Source: a virus
Lineage: Duplodnaviria > Caudoviricetes
Strand: one strand, 5' to 3'
Virus record (IMG/VR): IMGVR_UViG_3300042890_002798
Location: 1 to 58,038 of that record
Length of the DNA stretch: 58,038 nt
Positions 1-9,700 of the stretch are shown here, piece after piece. The translations under genes were made by a program, and so were the position numbers. Each line of letters opens with the position of its first letter. Position 1 is the first letter of the stretch. Below the pieces are notes generated by a model that saw nothing but the letters and a program-made list of their open reading frames with translations, was not told where the DNA came from and did not search any database.

Positions 1-127
1 CCGTCCGATGTTTACGCCGGCGAAGATTCGGAAGTTGTGAAGTCTGCCAAGAAGCGCAAGAAGGGCGGCAAGGTTTGTGGCCCAATGGCCATGAAGCGCG
101 CTGACCGCAAGCCGCGCAAGTCTGGCG
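1..127. repeat. Terminal direct repeat, left copy (circular overlap)
   Basis: Identical to 57912-58038; an ORF reads in frame across the junction. Confidence 0.95.
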
Positions 128-198
128 GCAAGGTCTCGGCGGGCTGGGATGCGGCCTCCACGACGCACAATCCTCCGGGCCGCAATCTGGTTGACTGA
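1..198 (+). CDS. 3' part of an 87-aa Lys-rich GG-motif protein spanning the circular junction (starts at 57846)
   Basis: Manual translation ...PSDVYAGEDSEVVKSAKKRKKGGKVCGPMAMKRADRKPRKSGGKVSAGW...NLVD*; TGA at 196-198. Confidence 0.85.
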   Translation, partial: PSDVYAGEDSEVVKSAKKRKKGGKVCGPMAMKRADRKPRKSGGKVSAGWDAASTTHNPPGRNLVD

Positions 199-207
199 TT
201 ATGGATT

Positions 208-234
208 GGCCCGCTTCGGCGGGCCTTTCTTTTC
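208..234 (+). terminator. Rho-independent terminator
   Basis: GGCCCGC-TTCG-GCGGGCC hairpin followed by TTTCTTTTC. Confidence 0.85.
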
Positions 235-244
235 GGAGGTTGTC

Positions 245-502
245 ATGGCTGAGAAATGGATCCAGTCAGCAATAAAAAAACCTGGGGCGTTGCGTAAATC
301 GCTGAAGGTTAAAGAGGGTGAAACAATTCCGACCGGCAAGCTTAAAAAGGCTTCGCATTCGGAAAACCCGACGCTTGCCAAGCGGGCAAATCTGGCTTTG
401 ACTTTGAAAAAACTCAATAAGCGCCATGGCGGTCAGGTTGACGGCGCGATTTCAGTTAAAAGACTGGATCGGAAGCCTCGCGCTGGCGGTGGCTGCTACT
501 AA
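245..502 (+). CDS. Small basic phage protein (WIQxAIKKPGALR type) with a C-terminal GG-motif tail
   Basis: GGAGG RBS before ATG 245; tail KRHGGQV...RAGGG. Confidence 0.8.
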   Translation: MAEKWIQSAIKKPGALRKSLKVKEGETIPTGKLKKASHSENPTLAKRANLALTLKKLNKRHGGQVDGAISVKRLDRKPRAGGGCY

Positions 503-513
503 GGAATTTTATC

Positions 514-1164
514 ATGCAAGGCATTCAGGTAGTTGCCGGTCCTTTGGCCACGGCTGATGATAATGGTATTTGCGAATCGCAGACTCCTTCGGCCGGCCCT
601 TTGACATTAAATGGCGCGCTTGTCTCTAGTGGCGTTGCAAGACTTGGAACTGCTCGACGAGTGCTTGTTACTACAGCTGGCAATGAAACCGGTAAGACGA
701 TGATTATTACCGGGACAGATGTTAATGGGAATACAATCTCCGACACGGTTAGTTTGCCAAATGCTTCAACTGTTTACACAGATTTAGATTTTCTTACTGT
801 TACTCGTGTTACGATAAGCTCTAATGCAGCAGCTGGCATTATTGTCGGAACTAATGGAATTGGTGGATCTCGCTGGGTGCGATTTGATGATTTTGCCCCA
901 GGCAGTATCTCAATCCAGCTTACAGTTAGTGGAACTGTAAACTATACGCTTCAAGCTACTCTCGATGATCCAAATGATCCATTTAGCCCTGTAACAGCTG
1001 AAAATGTAACCTGGGTTAACTCTTCAGATTTAAATGTCGTAGCTGTTGCGGCAACTCGTCAGAGTAATTTCCTTTTTGCGCCCAAATATGCCCGTGTGCT
1101 TATCAATAGCGGAACGGGAACGGTTACGGCTACATTCGTCCAGAGCAGCAATGGACCGATCTAA
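514..1164 (+). CDS. Putative virion structural protein
   Basis: Thr/Ser/Gly-rich beta-type ORF in the structural operon, TAATG-coupled to the next gene. Confidence 0.65.
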   Translation: MQGIQVVAGPLATADDNGICESQTPSAGPLTLNGALVSSGVARLGTARRVLVTTAGNETGKTMIITGTDVNGNTISDTVSLPNASTVYTDLDFLTVTRVTISSNAAAGIIVGTNGIGGSRWVRFDDFAPGSISIQLTVSGTVNYTLQATLDDPNDPFSPVTAENVTWVNSSDLNVVAVAATRQSNFLFAPKYARVLINSGTGTVTATFVQSSNGPI

Positions 1165-1352
1165 TGTCTGGTATATCTGCTGGAAACGGCTTAAGCGCAG
1201 GAAATAATCTTTCTACGCTTACGGCATTATCTCCTGATAATGGGCTATCTTTCAATGGCTTCCCTGCTGCTAATCCGACAAACTCTCTATTGCTTGAATC
1301 CGGCTCATACTTGCTTTTGCAGGATGATAGTCATCTCTTATTGCAGGCATAA
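1164..1352 (+). CDS. Small virion protein with an LLLExGxxLLL motif
   Basis: 62 aa ending LLLESGSYLLLQDDSHLLLQA. Confidence 0.6.
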   Translation: MSGISAGNGLSAGNNLSTLTALSPDNGLSFNGFPAANPTNSLLLESGSYLLLQDDSHLLLQA

Positions 1353-1354
1353 TC

Positions 1355-1885
1355 ATGGCTGACCAAAAGCTTCCTTCACTTCCTGCCGCTTCAACTCTTA
1401 CAGGGTCAGAGGTTTTATATGGCGTCCAGTCATCAGCATCTGTGAAGATCAGCGGAAATCAAATTAAGACATTTACTAATGTCCCTGGTGGAACAGACGG
1501 GCAAGTCCAGTGGAATAGTAATGGCGCTTTTGGGGGATTTGATGTTTCTGGAGACGCTACATTAGTTACATCAACTGGCGCTCTTACGGTTTCCAAGATT
1601 GGTGGCATCCCAGTTTCTTCTAATTATGTTTCTAAGACAGGAACATATACTGCAAGTTCAAGTGACTTTGTAATTGATTGCACCGCTAATACATTTACAG
1701 TTAGCCTTCCGACAGCAGTTGGTATTACTGGAAAGCAATATTGTATTAAGAATAGTGGAACTGGTGTTATTACGATTGATGCCAATGGATCTCAAACAAT
1801 TGATGGCGAATTAACTCGCATATTATCAATTCAGTATGGGGCTATTTGGATTATTTCCGATGGCGCAAATTGGAAGGTTATCTAA
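1355..1885 (+). CDS. Short tail fibre protein
   Basis: N-terminus shared with two other fibres; PGGTDGQVQWNSNGAFGG segment; C-terminal TVSLPTA...IKNSG...SDGANW domain. Confidence 0.7.
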   Translation: MADQKLPSLPAASTLTGSEVLYGVQSSASVKISGNQIKTFTNVPGGTDGQVQWNSNGAFGGFDVSGDATLVTSTGALTVSKIGGIPVSSNYVSKTGTYTASSSDFVIDCTANTFTVSLPTAVGITGKQYCIKNSGTGVITIDANGSQTIDGELTRILSIQYGAIWIISDGANWKVI

Positions 1886-2370
1886 TGTCTTACAATACTG
1901 CCCCAAATCCTCATGCAACATTCTCATCATCTGTTGATCAGGCGATTGTTGATTCTGCATTGGCTCAAGTCGTCACATTCAATACAACAATAAATTCAGC
2001 CGGCATTTCTCTTGGAGATAATACAAAAATTATATTGCCGCAAACAGGCAATTATTTATTTTCAATTTCCGCTGTTGCGTTTTGCACGGCGGGATCTGAT
2101 CAAGAAGCTTCAATATGGTTTAGAAAAAATGGGGATGACGTAGCAAATTCTAACACTTATCTAACTGTTCCTAAAAATAACAACATGATTGTTGCAGTTA
2201 CTCTTAGTCTTCCCTGCACAACTGCGGGTGACTATTATGAATTGTGGTTTTCTGGGCAGTCCACAAGCGTTAGACTTGATTCTGTCGCTGCTATTACAGG
2301 CTCATCAACCTTCCCGCCAAATCAACCTGCTTCACCTTCAATTATTATAACTGTTGCTCAAATAGGTTAA
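1885..2370 (+). CDS. C1q/TNF-like jelly-roll virion protein
   Basis: TAATG coupling gives start 1885; FNTT..GISL..GNY..WFRKNG..DYYELW pattern; paralogous to the C-terminus of 8081-9007. Confidence 0.6.
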   Translation: MSYNTAPNPHATFSSSVDQAIVDSALAQVVTFNTTINSAGISLGDNTKIILPQTGNYLFSISAVAFCTAGSDQEASIWFRKNGDDVANSNTYLTVPKNNNMIVAVTLSLPCTTAGDYYELWFSGQSTSVRLDSVAAITGSSTFPPNQPASPSIIITVAQIG

Positions 2371-2376
2371 TAAATA

Positions 2377-4758
2377 ATGGCCAATACACCTATATCTGGG
2401 CTTAACCCAGGCGTTGCTATTAGCGATACGGATTTATTTCCCGACGTTCAGACGGTAGGTATTGGCCCGGTAAGGGTTACTGCTTCTCAGATTAAAACAT
2501 ATACTTCTAATAGCCCAGTGCTTGTTACGCCTAATATCGGCGTTGCAACCGGAACGAGCCTGGCTCTTGGTGGCGCTGCTATTGGCTCTAATGCGCTGGC
2601 TGTTACTGGAACGGTTGATTTCAATGGCGCTGTTACGCTTGGAACGCAGCAGAGCATTCAAGGATCTCTTGTTCTTTCCAACACTGCCGCTGGCGCGTAC
2701 GAGACAACGTTAAGATCCTCAAATTCATCAAGCGTTGCCTGGACATTTACGCTTCCTCCGAATGCCGGAACAAACGGCTTTATTCTGACTACGAATGGAT
2801 CTGGCGTATCTGCCTGGACTAATCCGACTGCTCTTGGCATTGATATAGACGTTAATTCCACGGCTATCACGGGTGGCGTTAGTGGTAGGCTTGTTTACGA
2901 TAACGCGGGCACTTTTGGTGAGATTTCAGCCATTACAACCAATGGCTCCGGAGCGTTAACTATCGGATCTCAGCAGACGACCCAAGGCTCTATTGTGTTG
3001 GGCAACACCGCTTCTGGTGCTTTTTCTACGACAATTCAGTCATCAAATAGTTCTTCGGCAGCCTGGACGCTGACGCTTCCGACCACTGCCGGGACGAGCA
3101 ATTATGTTCTTACCACAAATGGTTCTGGCGTATCATCCTGGTCTCAGGTTAGCCTAACTGCTGGCGTAACAGGGATATTGCCGCTTGCAAATGGTGGAAC
3201 AAACGCAAATTTGACTGCCTCTAATGGCGGTATTTTTTATTCAAATGCCACGGCTGGAGCTATTTTATCTGGCACTGCCACCGCTGGGCAGCATTTGCAA
3301 TCCGGCGCTAATTCGGCTCCTTCGTGGACAACGGCGACATTCCCGTCTACTGCGACCGGAACGGGTTCAATACTTCGGGCTGATGGAACAAATTGGACTG
3401 CCACAACTGCAACATATCCCAATACGACCGCGGCAGGCACAGTTTTAGTCTCTGCTACTGCGAGCGCTATTACCGCTTCGTCTTCTCCGACCTTGGGTGT
3501 TCAGCAAACCACGCAAGGTTCTCTTGTCCTTGCCAATACCGCTGCTGGGGCTTTCGCGACAACAGTTAATTCATCTAACTCTTCTACGGAAGCATGGACA
3601 CTCACACTACCGCCCAACAAGGGAACTAATGGGTATATACTGACCACAAATGGTTCGGGCGTATCCTCATGGACGAATCCAACGGCACTAGGTATTGACC
3701 TGGATGTTAACACGACGCCCATAACAAATGGCACGGCTGGACGACTGCTTTTTGAGGGTGCGGGCAACGTTCTTCAGGAAAGCGCAAATCTTACATTTTC
3801 TTCCAGCACATTAACGCTTGGCGTTGCATCTTCCGCCACTGGCTCTGTAGCATTGACGGGCGCGACGAGCGGGACGGCAACAATAACGGCGCAAGCTGTT
3901 GCAGGAACTCCGACGCTAACACTGCCAACTGCAAGCGGGACTCTTGTATCAACAGCAACTTCTCCGCTTTCTATCAACGCAACAAGCGGAGATATTTCAA
4001 TTACTGGCTTGGCGGGTGGGGTTCTTGCCGGCTCAACTCCTGCGTTTACTGCCACTCCAACACTTGGAGTTGCCGGAACGACGGTAGGAACCATTGCATT
4101 TGCCAATGCTACATCTGGAAGCATTACTCTTTCGCCTGCAACTGGTGCGCTTGGGTCATCAACTATAACTATACCGGCGACGACTGGAACGATGACCGTT
4201 CTGGGAAATTCCACTACTGGATCTGGCAATATTGTACTTGGCACATCTCCTTCTTTGACAACTCCATCTCTCGGAGTTGCAACAGGAACTAGTCTTAATA
4301 TAAATGGCGCGACACTTGGAACAAACAATTTAGCAGTAGTGGGAACGTCATTTTTTAATGGAAGTGTTGGTATTGGGGCAAACGCACTTTCTTTTACTCA
4401 GTTTTATGTAAACTCCTCATCTAATATTAATGCAAGATTTGAAAGACAAAGCGGAGCAGCCGTAGATATTCTTGCTCAATCAACATTAGGTGCCATTGGA
4501 ACGGCTAACTCTAATCCATTTTTGTTTTACACAAATGGCTCCGAGTCGGCCAGGATAGATCAAAATAAGAATTTTGTTATTAATACAGCAGCTATTGCGA
4601 CAAACGCAACTAATGGATTCTTGTATATCCCGTCGTGCGCGGGAACTCCTACTGGCGTCCCAACGACATATACTGGTAGACTGCCTATTGTATATGACTC
4701 TACAAATAATATGTTATACATATACAATGGGGGGTGGAAATCGGCTACGTTTACTTAA
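2377..4758 (+). CDS. Long tail fibre protein with internal repeats
   Basis: 793 aa, Gly/Ser/Thr-rich; three QQxxQGSxVL...AWTxTLP...LTTNGSGVS repeats; C-terminal YDSTNNMLYIYNGGW. Confidence 0.8.
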   Translation: MANTPISGLNPGVAISDTDLFPDVQTVGIGPVRVTASQIKTYTSNSPVLVTPNIGVATGTSLALGGAAIGSNALAVTGTVDFNGAVTLGTQQSIQGSLVLSNTAAGAYETTLRSSNSSSVAWTFTLPPNAGTNGFILTTNGSGVSAWTNPTALGIDIDVNSTAITGGVSGRLVYDNAGTFGEISAITTNGSGALTIGSQQTTQGSIVLGNTASGAFSTTIQSSNSSSAAWTLTLPTTAGTSNYVLTTNGSGVSSWSQVSLTAGVTGILPLANGGTNANLTASNGGIFYSNATAGAILSGTATAGQHLQSGANSAPSWTTATFPSTATGTGSILRADGTNWTATTATYPNTTAAGTVLVSATASAITASSSPTLGVQQTTQGSLVLANTAAGAFATTVNSSNSSTEAWTLTLPPNKGTNGYILTTNGSGVSSWTNPTALGIDLDVNTTPITNGTAGRLLFEGAGNVLQESANLTFSSSTLTLGVASSATGSVALTGATSGTATITAQAVAGTPTLTLPTASGTLVSTATSPLSINATSGDISITGLAGGVLAGSTPAFTATPTLGVAGTTVGTIAFANATSGSITLSPATGALGSSTITIPATTGTMTVLGNSTTGSGNIVLGTSPSLTTPSLGVATGTSLNINGATLGTNNLAVVGTSFFNGSVGIGANALSFTQFYVNSSSNINARFERQSGAAVDILAQSTLGAIGTANSNPFLFYTNGSESARIDQNKNFVINTAAIATNATNGFLYIPSCAGTPTGVPTTYTGRLPIVYDSTNNMLYIYNGGWKSATFT

Positions 4759-4775
4759 TCAGGGAGGGATCAATC

Positions 4776-5096
4776 ATGTCTTTAATTTATGAAACCGTAA
4801 TTAATGAAATGCAGGTTAAAACAAATATTGATAATAAGAAAAATGTTGTGTTCATAATAAATTTTAATATCGTTGGAAGTGATGATGGGTTTTCGTCATA
4901 TGAAAATTTAAATTATGAAATAGGATATGACAAATATTCTGATTTTGTCTCTTATGAAAATCTGACCAAAGAAATTGTCTGTTCATGGATTACTAAATCA
5001 CTTGGCTACGAGCTTGACAATATCAAAAACAAAATTAAACTAAACATTGAAGAAATGAAAAATCCAACCGTTAAATCTATTCCTCTCCCATGGTAG
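4776..5096 (+). CDS. Tail fibre assembly/chaperone-like protein
   Basis: GGGAGGG RBS, ATG 4776; FVSYENLT..V.SW...PLPW pattern typical of genes following fibres. Confidence 0.6.
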   Translation: MSLIYETVINEMQVKTNIDNKKNVVFIINFNIVGSDDGFSSYENLNYEIGYDKYSDFVSYENLTKEIVCSWITKSLGYELDNIKNKIKLNIEEMKNPTVKSIPLPW

Positions 5097-5108
5097 AATG
5101 AGGGCAAA

Positions 5109-5285
5109 ATGGACAATATACCTGTTACCTTGACGGCAAATGAATGGAATGTTGTTCTTAATGCTTTGTGTCAAAGGCCATTTGCCGAGGTAAATTTTCT
5201 TATATATAAAATAAAAAACCAAGCTGATGCTCAGGCTGAAATAAATAATATTGGTAATAATTCTGATATATCTCAAAATACATAG
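5109..5285 (+). CDS. Small hypothetical protein, 58 aa (not in ORF track)
   Basis: GAGG RBS; MDNIPVTLTANEWNVVLNALCQRPFAEVNFLIYKIKNQA. Confidence 0.65.
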   Translation: MDNIPVTLTANEWNVVLNALCQRPFAEVNFLIYKIKNQADAQAEINNIGNNSDISQNT

Positions 5286-5296
5286 AGAGAAAATTA

Positions 5297-5899
5297 ATGG
5301 CATATGCATCCAAAGAGGGTAGAGCGAGAATAAATTCCCGCTCTCCACAGGCTGCTGGCCAATGTGATCGATGTGGCTTTCTCTATAGCCATAGCCACCT
5401 CCGCTGGCAATTAGATTATAGCGGATCTGGATTATACAATAAACGCATTTTAGTATGTGAGAATTGCTACGATACGCCTCAGCAACAGTTGAAGGTTATA
5501 GTTATTCCGCCAGATCCAATGCCTATCTTAAATGCCAGACCTCCAGATTATGAAAATTCTGTAACAAATATTCGCCAAACATATCAAACTCCATTAACTG
5601 ATCCTGTAACTGGATTGCCAATACCGCAAGGTGATACCAGAGTATCAAATGCCAAATTGTATTTGGACAATGAGTTGTTGATGGAAAATTTGTCCGGGTG
5701 CATACAGTTAGAAAATAGAGCATTATGTTTATCAGCAGAAAATTCTGCGCAAGAAGAATATGTTAGGGTTACCCAGCAAACCGGCGAGCCTCCAGGTGGG
5801 CTAAATGAGTTTCCTGGAACCAACTTTCAGGTTCCTGGAAATGATGATCCCGGGCTTCCCTACGGAAACGAAGAAGTACCACAGACAGGACCACTATAA
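5297..5899 (+). CDS. Zn-finger-containing virion-associated protein
   Basis: CDRC...CENC pairs; structural operon. Confidence 0.65.
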   Translation: MAYASKEGRARINSRSPQAAGQCDRCGFLYSHSHLRWQLDYSGSGLYNKRILVCENCYDTPQQQLKVIVIPPDPMPILNARPPDYENSVTNIRQTYQTPLTDPVTGLPIPQGDTRVSNAKLYLDNELLMENLSGCIQLENRALCLSAENSAQEEYVRVTQQTGEPPGGLNEFPGTNFQVPGNDDPGLPYGNEEVPQTGPL

Positions 5900-8070
5900 T
5901 GGCATATGTTCAGATTCCTAATCTTCCTGCATCGGCCGGTGTTAGTGGTGGAGAACTTGTAGAGGCCGTTCAAGCTGGATCGTCCGTTAAGCTGACAACT
6001 GGACAAATTGCGTCATTGTCTAAGCCAAATGGCGGAGCTTATGCGGGAAACATTAGTTTCTCAAATGTTTTGCCAGATGGAGCTAATACTGCCAGATATT
6101 TACAAACAAGATTTTCAGATTGTCTTAATGTCAAGGATTATGGGGCAATTGGCGATGGCGTAGCCGACGATACAAATGCTTTTTTATCTGCAATTGCTGC
6201 TACAAATACAACTGCACCAGAAGGAACATTGCTTGGCAAGGCCATATACATCCCATCTGGAACTTATTTAATTAAAAGAATAAACATAATAAAGTCCGTT
6301 GTGTTATTTGGCGACGGGTCAACTTCAACAAAAATCTTATGTGCGCCCTTGGTTAATAGCGATGTTTTAAATTTTAATGGCGTTGATGGAATTGAAATAA
6401 TTGGAATTACTGTAGACGGAAATAAGGCAGCTCAAATATCTGCTCCAGTTAATTCTGGAAACCCGGTAGCTTTTGTTAGCTGCTCAAATGTTTATATGCA
6501 CGATTGCGTTTTTACAAACGCTCTTGGCAACGGCATGATAACATTTGGTGGTTTTAATTTCCATTACGAAAAGTGTTATTTTACAGATAATAACGCAAAT
6601 GGAACATATCACACTACTACTGCGGTAGCAATAGATAACGGAACAAAAAATATTACCGGAACAAATTGTGTTTGCAGTAATAATGGTTTTGATGGTTTTT
6701 GCTTTGATCCAGGATCGGATAACTGCACGCTTTCGGCGTGTCTTTCTTTTTTAAATCTTGGCTGCGGATATAATGTTTTTGGAAATAACTCTGGAATATT
6801 TGCCAGAAATGTAACCCTTGTTGGATGTATTGCAAAAAGGAATAGCCTTGAAGGGTTTAGTGTTGTTGCAAGTTATAATGTTACAATTTCCGGATGCCAA
6901 TCTATTGAAGATGGCCAAAACGGATTTCCTGGAAGAAATCATGGGTTTATTGTTCTTGGAGATTTTGTTGGGCAGGGAAGGATTTACAATGTAACAATTA
7001 ATAATTGTTTAATTTTTGCTCCTCGCGGTCATGGAATTTTTTGCGATACTACAAATGGAACAACTCACGCAAATATTATTATTTCTGATACTTTAATTTA
7101 TAACGTCGGGCAAAGCAATCCGGGTAATTACGATGGGATACATTTAACAGAAGTCGAAGATGTTCTTATTTCTGATATCTTTATAAAAGATACAGATGTT
7201 CCTAAAAAAATGAGATTTGGTATCTCTACTTCCGCCGACTCTACTGGTGTTAAAATAATTGGCGGAACTGTGGAGTCCGGGACTTTAGGCAAATATAATG
7301 TTTCTAATGGAGATGTATTTATAGCTCAAGAAATTAACGATGGAGAATATTCTGTATTTACAAAAACCGAAGACAAAGGAATTTCAGTATATGGTGCTGC
7401 GCGCCCTAGAATTACTTTAACTCCCACAGCTACATCTACAAGCGCAAGATTTTATGCCAGGGAATCAAGCTGGTATGCAGCTGGTATTTGGAATAACATT
7501 CAATGGAATACTAGCTGGAATTTGGATAATGAATCATATCCCGGCTGGGACGTATCCACTAATTCTGATTTAGATATATTTCAAGTTAGAAGAGCAACAT
7601 CTGGAACAAATCCAAGAAACTTAACAACATTATTTACTATTAGAGTTAATGGAACAACTGAAAATATTGCGGAAATACAAAACTATCCGTTACCTCGTTA
7701 CGTAACTACACCCTCGCCATCTGGTTCAATTGGCAGATTTTACTCAAGAGAATCAAGCTTTTTTGCTTCTGGTTTTACGAATAATATGAATTGGAGTGCA
7801 GATTGGTTACTCGACGATCAGTCAAAATCTGGATGGGATGTATCTACTAATTCTGATCTTGATATATTTCAAATCAGAAGGGCTGCGCCCGGTCCCGATC
7901 CGGTAACTCCTGTTAAAATATTCCAAGTAGAAGCAACTGCTTATGCTAACAATGCAACGAATCTTTTTGTTTTGCATAATGATGGCTCAACGACAACACT
8001 TAAAAGAGTTAATGTTGGGGCTGCTGATAGCGCGGGAACGGGATTTAGAGCGCTTCGAGTTGATAACTAA
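5899..8070 (+). CDS. Tailspike/depolymerase with a right-handed beta-helix
   Basis: NVKDYGAIGDGVADDT pectate-lyase-3-like start, Asn/Gly/Cys coils, AT-rich. Confidence 0.85.
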   Translation: MAYVQIPNLPASAGVSGGELVEAVQAGSSVKLTTGQIASLSKPNGGAYAGNISFSNVLPDGANTARYLQTRFSDCLNVKDYGAIGDGVADDTNAFLSAIAATNTTAPEGTLLGKAIYIPSGTYLIKRINIIKSVVLFGDGSTSTKILCAPLVNSDVLNFNGVDGIEIIGITVDGNKAAQISAPVNSGNPVAFVSCSNVYMHDCVFTNALGNGMITFGGFNFHYEKCYFTDNNANGTYHTTTAVAIDNGTKNITGTNCVCSNNGFDGFCFDPGSDNCTLSACLSFLNLGCGYNVFGNNSGIFARNVTLVGCIAKRNSLEGFSVVASYNVTISGCQSIEDGQNGFPGRNHGFIVLGDFVGQGRIYNVTINNCLIFAPRGHGIFCDTTNGTTHANIIISDTLIYNVGQSNPGNYDGIHLTEVEDVLISDIFIKDTDVPKKMRFGISTSADSTGVKIIGGTVESGTLGKYNVSNGDVFIAQEINDGEYSVFTKTEDKGISVYGAARPRITLTPTATSTSARFYARESSWYAAGIWNNIQWNTSWNLDNESYPGWDVSTNSDLDIFQVRRATSGTNPRNLTTLFTIRVNGTTENIAEIQNYPLPRYVTTPSPSGSIGRFYSRESSFFASGFTNNMNWSADWLLDDQSKSGWDVSTNSDLDIFQIRRAAPGPDPVTPVKIFQVEATAYANNATNLFVLHNDGSTTTLKRVNVGAADSAGTGFRALRVDN

Positions 8071-8080
8071 GTAGGAAGAA

Positions 8081-9007
8081 ATGGCCAATAATGACCAAGT
8101 AACAATTTGGGGAGGAATCCCAAGATTTGGCACAACTCCCACGACCGGACAGGCCATTGCTGGTGGGGGTAATGGATTTGTCATTTATGATAGTGCAATA
8201 GATAATATTAATATACCTGCATCCAAAATAAGAATAGGAAATCAATATAAAATAACTTTTGCGGGCTCAACTGATTTTGTTTTATTGGGTTCTGCAAACA
8301 ACAATGTCGGAACAATATTTACTGCAACTTCAAGCGGAACAATTTCATCGGGAACAGGAATTGTTTCGATAGAGCCTACGCCTGCTACGCCTCTTCCAAA
8401 CAAAAACATGGAACTGGCCAATAAAACAATAACCGGCGTAACAACGCAATATTATGGATTTGCTGGATATTCCGGGTCATATTATTCAACGTCAACACAG
8501 GCAAATTTGGCGGCGCAAAATCTTGTAAATTTTAATCAAACTTCCATACAATATGGCGTTTACCTCACCGGATCTCCGACAAGCAGATTGACTGTTCAAA
8601 ATGCTGGTGTGTATCGGATTAGCGGGACTTTGGACTTTTACTGCACAGATGTAAAGCCTCCGACATCTGTTCCTGTAAGCACCACAAGCATTACAGTCAG
8701 TGGTCCTTTTCCAGAAACGATCACAATATCTGGACAAACTGTTGATGTCGAATGGGACGATGTTGCGCTTGAGACATCTTTGGGTGTTTGGATAAGAAAA
8801 AATGGCGTTGATGTTCCCTGGACCAAAAGGGCTTATAGTTTGATTGGCAATGAAGCCAGAATGGTTGTAAGTATTGATTACATGTTGGTTTTGGAAAATG
8901 ATGAATACGCCGAACTTGTGTGGGAATCTGCCAGCGCCAATACATCTTTGTATAATGCTGCTGCTGATTATCCTTCCGCACTCATAAACATTACTTTGGT
9001 GAGATAA
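8081..9007 (+). CDS. Virion protein with a C-terminal C1q-like domain
   Basis: WIRKNGVDV..EYAELVW, paralogous to 1885-2370. Confidence 0.6.
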   Translation: MANNDQVTIWGGIPRFGTTPTTGQAIAGGGNGFVIYDSAIDNINIPASKIRIGNQYKITFAGSTDFVLLGSANNNVGTIFTATSSGTISSGTGIVSIEPTPATPLPNKNMELANKTITGVTTQYYGFAGYSGSYYSTSTQANLAAQNLVNFNQTSIQYGVYLTGSPTSRLTVQNAGVYRISGTLDFYCTDVKPPTSVPVSTTSITVSGPFPETITISGQTVDVEWDDVALETSLGVWIRKNGVDVPWTKRAYSLIGNEARMVVSIDYMLVLENDEYAELVWESASANTSLYNAAADYPSALINITLVR

Positions 9008-9694
9008 ATGGCCACATCCGGGACGTATGCGTTCAATCCTGCTCTTGGTGAGATTGTCATTGGCGCTTATGCCCGTTGTGGCATTCGCCGAACTGAGCTT
9101 ACCCAGCAGCACATGGAAGACGCACGATTTGAATCCAATATGCTCATGTCTAATTGGGCTGGCAACGGGATCAATCTGTGGCAGGTGGATACGGGAACGA
9201 TAAACCTTATCCAGGGTCAGGCGGCATATACTATTCCCACAAATACAGTTTTCCTTTTGGATGTATACATAACGCAAGGAAACAATCCGGCAATCAACAG
9301 GCTGATCCTGCCGATTAGCCGCACTGACTATGCGTCGATTGCCAACAAGACCCAGCAGGGATTTCCCACATCCTATTGGTTTGACAGGTTAATCAATCCA
9401 AATTTATACATTTGGCCACTTGCAAATCAGGATGGAGCGTATACACTCACTTATTACAGGATGCGACAGGCTCAGGACAGTGAGTTATCCAATGGGACAA
9501 ACGTCGAGGTTCCGTGGTATCAACTTGATGCCTTTCTGGCGGGTTTGGCTTCTCGATTAGCAGTTATCTATGCTCCCGATAAGGTTCAAATCCTTGAGCC
9601 TCTTTATCAGGCGTCGTGGCAAAAGGTTCTTCAGGCAGGAACAGAAAACGTTCCGTTAAAGATTTCTCCGCAGCTTCGCTCTTACTTCCGGTAA
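9008..9694 (+). CDS. Head-tail adaptor/tail tubular protein
   Basis: MATSGT start, W.N.GINLW, ISRTDY..I.NK...G.P..YW, LYIWP motifs. Confidence 0.7.
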   Translation: MATSGTYAFNPALGEIVIGAYARCGIRRTELTQQHMEDARFESNMLMSNWAGNGINLWQVDTGTINLIQGQAAYTIPTNTVFLLDVYITQGNNPAINRLILPISRTDYASIANKTQQGFPTSYWFDRLINPNLYIWPLANQDGAYTLTYYRMRQAQDSELSNGTNVEVPWYQLDAFLAGLASRLAVIYAPDKVQILEPLYQASWQKVLQAGTENVPLKISPQLRSYFR

Positions 9695-9700
9695 GCCAAA

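Noticed and set aside
1-127. Biological terminal repeat
   Set aside because: 127 nt matches a common assembler k-mer length and the repeat lies inside a gene; it indicates circular assembly, not physical ends
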